Assembly (NCBI GenBank): GCA_964016885.1
Contig: OZ024746.1
Location: 22,940,001 to 23,004,000, forward strand
Direction of reading: 5' to 3'
Source: Eledone cirrhosa
Lineage: Eukaryota
Length of the DNA: 64,000 bases
Shown: positions 55,628-64,000 of the stretch, one piece after another
Layout: the number at the start of each line of letters is the position of its first letter
Position numbering within the stretch: the first letter of the stretch is position 1
The notes under the pieces: generated by a model
Databases searched by the model: none
What the model was told of the DNA's origin: nothing
The model's input: the letters and a program-made list of their open reading frames with translations, nothing else
Program-made: the position numbers and the translations under genes

Positions 55628-56333
55628 TGAAAAATCTGCGTTAATCATTATACTTTAGACAATCAATCTACTTGACTATAAATGTTTCGATATTTCTAAC
55701 AATAAGTACTTCATAAATTTTACATACCGAAAATGTTGACACTCTTATAGGTAATTTTTGTTAAAGATTACATTTAAGTAAATATTCAACAGTGTATATT
55801 TTTCTTTCGCGGGCCTAGTAAATCCTTTAATTTTGTTTTCATAAAATTCAGACTTTTAGAAATATAACACATTTAAAAGAATTTATAAAATTTATAAAAT
55901 TAATAAATATAAATAACCATCAACTCTTAAAAACTTAAAATTTTGATTCTTCACCCTAAAATAACATAAATTAAATATTTTGAAACTTAACCGTTTAGTC
56001 CTTAAGGGGAAAAAATGTTTCTGCATAAATTACTCCCCTTTATCTCTCCCTCTCTTTAATCATCTATCAGTTGCCTTCATAAACTGTAATAAAATTATAA
56101 TTCCAGAGACGTCTTCCTCGATAATCATAATTTGTAGTATCCCACATTTTAAAATCTCTATAACTGTTACATTAAAGCAACGTTTTTCTTACTCATACCT
56201 TCTCTATTGAATTTATTACGTTTTCGCATTTTCTCATTATTAGGGTATAAATGTTGAGTTTTCTCACAGGTTAATCACTACATTGATTAAATCTTAACCA
56301 TTTAACATCTCAGGGTATGTCATGTATCATTAT

Positions 56334-56386
56334 ATTTTGTCTGATGAGGACGTACTGTTGTACCTCTGAAATATGTATAATAAAAT
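56334..56386 (+). ncRNA. Type I hammerhead-like motif (family E)
   Basis: ATTTTGT-CTGATGA-ggac GTAC tgtt GTAC ctct-GAAATATGTATA-ATAAAAT. Confidence 0.7.
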
Positions 56387-56719
56387 TTAATTGATCAAAA
56401 GAACATCTATTTTATTAATATTTGTATTTTAATATTAATAACTCTGGAAAATATTATTTTTTGTAGAGTGCTTCCAATCTACTGTAAAACTTATTCTTTG
56501 ATGTACTCATTGAATCTTGTTTAACTCTTTAATATATATATATTCATATCAACACACACATATATATCCTAGAAAGGATCGTAAAATGAGGAATTTTTTA
56601 ATATGAGGAACTGTTTCTTTGTTTTTATTCATTGTTTTTTATTTATTTATATATTCATATATATATATTCATATATATATATATATATATATATATTCAT
56701 ATATATATATATGAATAGA

Positions 56720-57462
<743 letters not shown>

Positions 57463-57468
57463 TATATA

Positions 57469-57528
<60 letters not shown>

Positions 57529-57664
57529 TATATATATATATATATATATGAATATATATATATATATGAATATATATATATATTCATATATATATATATA
57601 TGAATATATATATATATATGAATATATATATATATGAATATATATATATATGAATATATATATA

Positions 57665-57728
<64 letters not shown>

Positions 57729-57997
57729 TATATATATATATGAATATATATATATATGAATACATATATATATATGAATATATATATATATATGAATATA
57801 TATATATGAATATATATATATATATGAATATATATATATATGAATATATATATATGAATATATATATATATATGAATATATGAATATATATATATATATA
57901 TGAATATATATGAATATATATATATATATATATATGAATATATATGAATATATATATATATATGAATATATATGAATATATGTATATATATATATAT
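57463..57997. repeat. (TA)n array interrupted by GA
   Basis: Directly visible. Confidence 0.95.
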
Positions 57998-58135
57998 CGT
58001 CTCAGCGTGTATGACCATTTTAACTTATGTTTATAGCTCTGCTATCCTCTTCATATGCATGGAGCGCTCGTCTGCACATTATTGAAGTTGCGTTTCGCTA
58101 ATTTTATACCCGCCGAAATGCGATTCTCGCTAAAT

Positions 58136-58313
<178 letters not shown>

Positions 58314-58381
58314 AAAATCCAAAGGGGGCTCGATAAGGTTAAATATATATCAAATATATAAGAACCGTAGAGCAAATATTT

Positions 58382-58520
58382 ATTAAAATAACAGATTAAA
58401 GTTTAAGCAAAGAATCGCTGCTTTCACCCTTAACGGGATCTTCTGAAACTGAGTTTCAGAAGCTGCCGTTAAGGGTGAAAGCAGCGATTCTTTGCTTAAA
58501 CTTTAATCTGTTATTTTAAT
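58382..58520. mobile_element. 139-bp palindrome made of two back-to-back mutated hammerheads
   Basis: Axis at 58451; minus arm AGTTT-CAGAAGA-T-CCC gttaa GGG-T-GAAAGC..GCTT-AAACT. Confidence 0.7.
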
Positions 58521-58647
58521 TAATATATATATATATATTCATATATATATAAATGAAGTAATTCCGTCGGAAAGGTCCAGGAAAAAAAAGTGCTCTACGT
58601 AGGTTACAGAGCTTAATAGTTATGTAATCAACAACACAAGGCAATTA

Positions 58648-58710
58648 TTTTCATTTACCAGTGGTTTCTTGAAAGCAAACAAATTTTGCTTTCAATCATC
58701 AGAATGAAAA
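58648..58710 (-). ncRNA. Type I hammerhead ribozyme, intact
   Basis: TTTTCATT-CTGATGA-TTGAAAGCAAA atttg TTTGCTTTCAA-GAAACC act GGTA-AATGAAAA: 8-bp stem I, 11-bp stem II, GUA site. Confidence 0.92.
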
Positions 58711-58756
58711 AATCCTGGTGTATTTATTGACATTGGATTTTAAAACCATATATATA

Positions 58757-58812
<56 letters not shown>

Positions 58813-59001
58813 GTTTTGCGAGGTTTTTTATATGAAATCGTGTGTCGAAACAAATATTGTTATACTTGGGGAGGGTCATATTTGTGTAATATTGCCAGAA
58901 TTAATAACAGAACACACTCACTGTTTGGTTGGTTTTCGCTTCTCGCTTCCGTGTCTTTTAAATTCTGGCAATATTACACAAATATGACCCTCCCCAAGTA
59001 T

Positions 59002-59045
<44 letters not shown>

Positions 59046-59519
59046 TCATATATACATATATGTATATATGTATATGTATGTATATATATATACATATATA
59101 TATATATTCATGTATGTATAAGTTAAACATTAAAGATCTGTGGAGAATGTTTCTCCACAACCACATGTTCCCTTCAGCAAATTAATATTATTTAAAATAT
59201 CTTCTCTCTAGTATTACAATACATAATTTTCCAATATGTTTTCTATAGTATTGCAATAACTTATCTCTCGATCTCTCCCCCCTCTCTCTTTCTTCCCCTA
59301 CCCCATAAACACCCTCTGTGTCTCTATTTCGTTTTCTAACTACTTACTATATCCGTTTGCACACAGCTGTAGAAATACGATAATTCTTCCTGGAATTACA
59401 TATGATGTTGTCTTTGTGTCTCTCAATATGTCTGTATATGTGCGTATGTGTGTGCGTGTGTGTGTGCGTGTGCGTGTGCGCGAAGATTTAGGTATCTTCA
59501 GCAATTTTATCCCCACCAT

Positions 59520-59842
<323 letters not shown>

Positions 59843-59856
59843 TTTTAATATAGATG

Positions 59857-59907
59857 AGATTCTACAGGACTAGAAGTGTTTCATTCTTTAGAAATCATCA
59901 GGAATCT
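59857..59907 (-). ncRNA. Type I hammerhead ribozyme (inverted copy, one stem III mismatch)
   Basis: AGATTC-CTGATGA-tTTC taaa GAAt-GAAACAC ttctagtc CTGTA-GAATCT. Confidence 0.8.
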
Positions 59908-59908
59908 C

Positions 59909-59959
59909 AGATTCCTGATGATTTCTAAAGAATGAAACAGTTCTAGTCCTGTAGAATCT
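59909..59959 (+). ncRNA. Type I hammerhead ribozyme (family B)
   Basis: AGATTC-CTGATGA-tTTC taaa GAAt-GAAACAG ttctagtc CTGTA-GAATCT. Confidence 0.9.
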
Positions 59960-60044
59960 CATCTATATTAAAACTTTTATACTCTGCAATGTATTGAGTA
60001 CCTTACTTACTGTGGTTACCTCCGATTCAACCCGGAATAACGTA

Positions 60045-60120
<76 letters not shown>

Positions 60121-60563
60121 ACCAGGCACACAGACATACAGAGCAAAAGACAAAGACACATACTAAAAAATATGTATGCATATCTGTGAATGCGTGCACG
60201 TGTGTGTGCGCCCATTCATGTGTGTGTGTGAGTGCATGCACGCGTGTTTCTATGTGTGTCAATGAAACAGTTCCATAAATGTTTCATATATAAATCGGTG
60301 CGATTTGAGAAAAAGAAATATATATTTCTATATGTATATAATCCGTTGGAGAACAGAGACAGCAAAAAAGGAATAAATAAAAGGTGAATGGAAAATGTAA
60401 CTTAGTGCATTCGCTAGACTTCAATTACTCGTATGTGTGACTGTATGGCTACGTGCGTGTATGACTGTAGGCCCTCCACTTAAATCTCCAACTCCCCTCG
60501 CTATGTAGACACCTCCTTCAATTCATATATTAATTCTCTGTGTATCACTCTTTTACTCTTTTA

Positions 60564-60838
<275 letters not shown>

Positions 60839-60857
60839 TATATTCTCTCTTTCTCTC

Positions 60858-60903
<46 letters not shown>

Positions 60904-61020
60904 GCATATATATATATATATTATATATGCATATATATACATATATATATATATATATTATATATACATATATATATATATATTATATATGCATATATAT
61001 ACATATATATATATATATAT

Positions 61021-61077
<57 letters not shown>

Positions 61078-61211
61078 AATGTAATCTGAGTTTTTCGAAT
61101 GTTAATAATAATATTCGATTCGTTTGAAATTATACAAACAAGCCTCATTTTTAGAGCCATGTCAGTAGAATGAGCCCCTCATTCTTGCTCTTGTGTTGGC
61201 ATGTAAACAGA

Positions 61212-61257
61212 ACTGCAGACACTAATGTTTCTGGATATCACCCTTCATCCGTATAGT
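61212..61257 (-). ncRNA. Mutated hammerhead motif
   Basis: ACTATA-CGGATGA(cf. CTGATGA)-A-GGGT gat ATCC-A-GAAACA ttag TGTC-TGCAGT. Confidence 0.6.
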
Positions 61258-61383
61258 TCACTGTTCACCTGCCAACTGAGCTAGTGAAAATATGATATTT
61301 TCTAAACTTTACGGTGACTGATCGGCCTGATTTGCATATTAGCAGACTGGTTGATCAGTCAGATCTGCATATTAGCAGATTCA

Positions 61384-61425
<42 letters not shown>

Positions 61426-61427
<2 letters not shown>

Positions 61428-61600
61428 TTTATCCCGTGTTCAATCGGGGGTAACCACAGTAAGTAAGGTACTCAATACATAGCAGAGTATAAATATTTAA
61501 TATAGAAATGGCTTCTACAGGACTAGAACTGTTTCATTCGGGAGAAACTATGGCTTCCTGATGATTTCTCCCGAATGAAGCCATTTCTATATTAAATATA
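61426..61600 (-). mobile_element. Family B element with a rearranged inverted HHR copy
   Basis: The minus arm carries the HHR 3' half plus tail; the plus arm TGGCTTC-CTGATGA-tttctcccgaat-GAAGCCA lacks helix III (deletion between two GAA). Confidence 0.8.
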
Positions 61601-61654
61601 TATATTTGTATGTATGTATTGTCAAACCTGACACCTGATCAACATATCGAGCAT

Positions 61655-61734
<80 letters not shown>

Positions 61735-61739
<5 letters not shown>

Positions 61740-61902
61740 CTTTCTACTTTAGGCACAAGGCCAGCAATTAACCAGTACATTACTGGTACTTTATTTTATC
61801 GACCCCGTAAGGATGAAAGGCAAAGTTAATCTCGGCGGGATTTGAACTCAGACTGTAAAGGGACGTAACTATGCTAGAAAGCATGGCATCCAACCCTCTA
61901 CC
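61735..61902 (-). mobile_element. Meta-domain SINE
   Basis: Consensus match. Confidence 0.9.
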
Positions 61903-61962
61903 TGGAATACCATAACTGGACTTCACCTAAGTGGACTGCATTTAACTATTATTTGTTAATCC

Positions 61963-62021
<59 letters not shown>

Positions 62022-62022
62022 C

Positions 62023-62134
<112 letters not shown>

Positions 62135-62879
62135 CAGAGATAGTTTAAAGCTAAACTCTGACTGGTAACCATCTCACTCAACAAACATTTGGTTATATTT
62201 AAATATAAACCCAATTTAAGTGTTTGGGGTGCTAACAATATGTATAATGTCGAAAAACCAGTTGTATTATTTTATGAGATATAATTAAAGTTAAAGTATA
62301 TCTCTCTTTCCAAACAATTGTTTCATTATAAGTTTTCTACAAGTTGGAAGAATATTTCCAGTTTATGTAGAAGCCTAATATATATTTATGTAAGAATATA
62401 TTTAGGTGGGCGCTTATAAATCATCAGTGGAAGCCCATTAAACTTTGATATAAGAAAGAAATTCTTACCGCAGTCAAAAATCGTGTCTGTTAAGTTGCTC
62501 CTTCTCGCATCGAATGACCGCCAAATTTGAAATTCCAGCAGTTTTTGACTGAGGAAGTATCATAGCGACACGAAACGGGAATGGGAGACAACTACGATCC
62601 ACGAAAGGAGGAAAAAAAATAATATACACGCGGGTGAATTAGTTTTTTCGAAAACATTATCAATCCAACGTGTTAAGAACTCAATTGAAAATAAAAAAAT
62701 AAAAAAAAAAATATATGCGTGTATAAATTACACACGCATATAGATATTTTCTTAGGCTAAAACCAGAAGTTGTACCCGAATAAGAACCGCATCTCATAAC
62801 CGCAGTAAATACAGAAAGTTATGCTTTAAAGGGCAAATGGGAATGTAAATCTCCGGCCGAATTAAGAGTAAAATATAAA

Positions 62880-62962
<83 letters not shown>

Positions 62963-63225
62963 ATGACCAAGGGATTTGCACCTAAGGAGTTTCCCTTCTG
63001 AGGTACAAGTCCGAGCAAGGTGTTTTTTGTGGAAGACCAGAAATTAATCATACATACCAATCTCCTCTCTCCGTGACACCGGTGTTGTCCAAGGGAAAAG
63101 CACAAGCCGATACAACTCTGCATCAGTCACTCCACAACTCATTTCTACAGTTGAATAGACTGGAGCAACGTGAAATAAAGTGTTTCTATCGCTCAACAAC
63201 ACAACGCATTGCCCGGTCCGGTATA
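62963..63225 (-). mobile_element. tRNA/CORE-type SINE
   Basis: gtccaagggaaa..gccgatacaact..actcatttctacagttgaatagactggagcaacgtgaaataaagtg..ctcaacaacacaacgc. Confidence 0.8.
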
Positions 63226-63335
63226 GTGAAGATGCAACATCTCTACTGAGATGAAGTTGAAACCATAGGGCTCGCTGTTGGGGTTAATTGTTTGACTATA
63301 TATATATACATAAAGATATATATATATATATATAT

Positions 63336-63531
63336 GAACGAGTAGGACCACGACGGCTGAGCTCAAGCTGTTTTGACGGTTAATTCTGGACTAAAAACCA
63401 GAATTAGCCGTCGAAACGGCTTTAGTTCAGCCGTCGGGGTCCTACTCGTTCCTATTACCCACTATACTAGCCTAAGTATTGAGTACTTTGGTGCGTTATG
63501 GTCCATCTGGTTCCTTACCACATTTCCTTCG

Positions 63532-63567
<36 letters not shown>

Positions 63568-63594
63568 ATCTGGTTCCTTACCACATTTCCTTCG

Positions 63595-63642
<48 letters not shown>

Positions 63643-63706
63643 CGAAGGAAATGTGGTAAGGAACCAGATGGACCATAACGCACCAAAGTATTCAATACTT
63701 AGGGTA

Positions 63707-63709
<3 letters not shown>
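63336..63709. mobile_element. Family A fold-back element (63336-63534) plus a direct tail duplicate (63566-63598) and an inverted tail (63640-63708)
   Basis: Same palindrome and tail sequences as 39981-40190. Confidence 0.85.
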
Positions 63710-63776
<67 letters not shown>

Positions 63777-63812
63777 TTTCCTGATGAAGGACTTATGTCC
63801 GATATGTTGAGA
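63777..63812 (+). ncRNA. Mutated minimal hammerhead, same type as 21864
   Basis: TTTC-CTGATGA-A-GGAC ttat GTCC-GATATGTT(cf. GAAACGTT)-GAGA. Confidence 0.65.
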
Positions 63813-64000
63813 TATTTATTTACTTCTTTTTTCTTTATCTTTATTTCCGTGGTGATCCTAATAAGACTTTGAGTTTTTGTATTATCTGTGTTTATCTCGT
63901 TTATTCTTAAACTATGTATATAAAGAGAGGGGGCGAAAGCGAGACAGATGAAGAAATTTCGAAAGCCATGTTTATTCGATCTGAAGAGTTGATCGATACT

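Noticed and set aside
63945-64000. CAGATGA..GAAAG and CTGAAGA near the window end
   Set aside because: The first has a mutated core without stem I; the second is cut by the window edge and cannot be evaluated

Overview
AT-rich, repeat-saturated eukaryotic non-coding DNA, either intronic or intergenic. The SINE repertoire suggests an octopod cephalopod; this is inferred from recalled SINE sequences, not a database result. No intact host gene is supported: every long ORF in the track is a micro/minisatellite translation or a decayed LINE fragment. The window holds about 25 tRNA-derived SINE copies (Meta-domain and CORE-type), 3' remnants of Tx1/L1, CR1, RTE and R4/Dong-like LINEs, and several minisatellites (21, 27, 31, 57 and about 60-70 bp units) plus very long (TA)n arrays. 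The main unexplained signal is a dense set of type I hammerhead ribozyme (HHR) motifs: about 10 with an intact CUGANGA...GAAA core and paired helices, plus roughly a dozen mutated or half motifs. They sit in at least 8 unrelated short non-coding elements embedded in (TA)n tracts. These elements are very often fold-back palindromes whose axis lies in or beside the ribozyme, and one has a 553-nt terminally redundant unit. This looks like a Penelope-pLTR / retrozyme-like system of microsatellite-associated ribozyme retroelements. All coordinates and folds were read by eye and may be off by a few bases.
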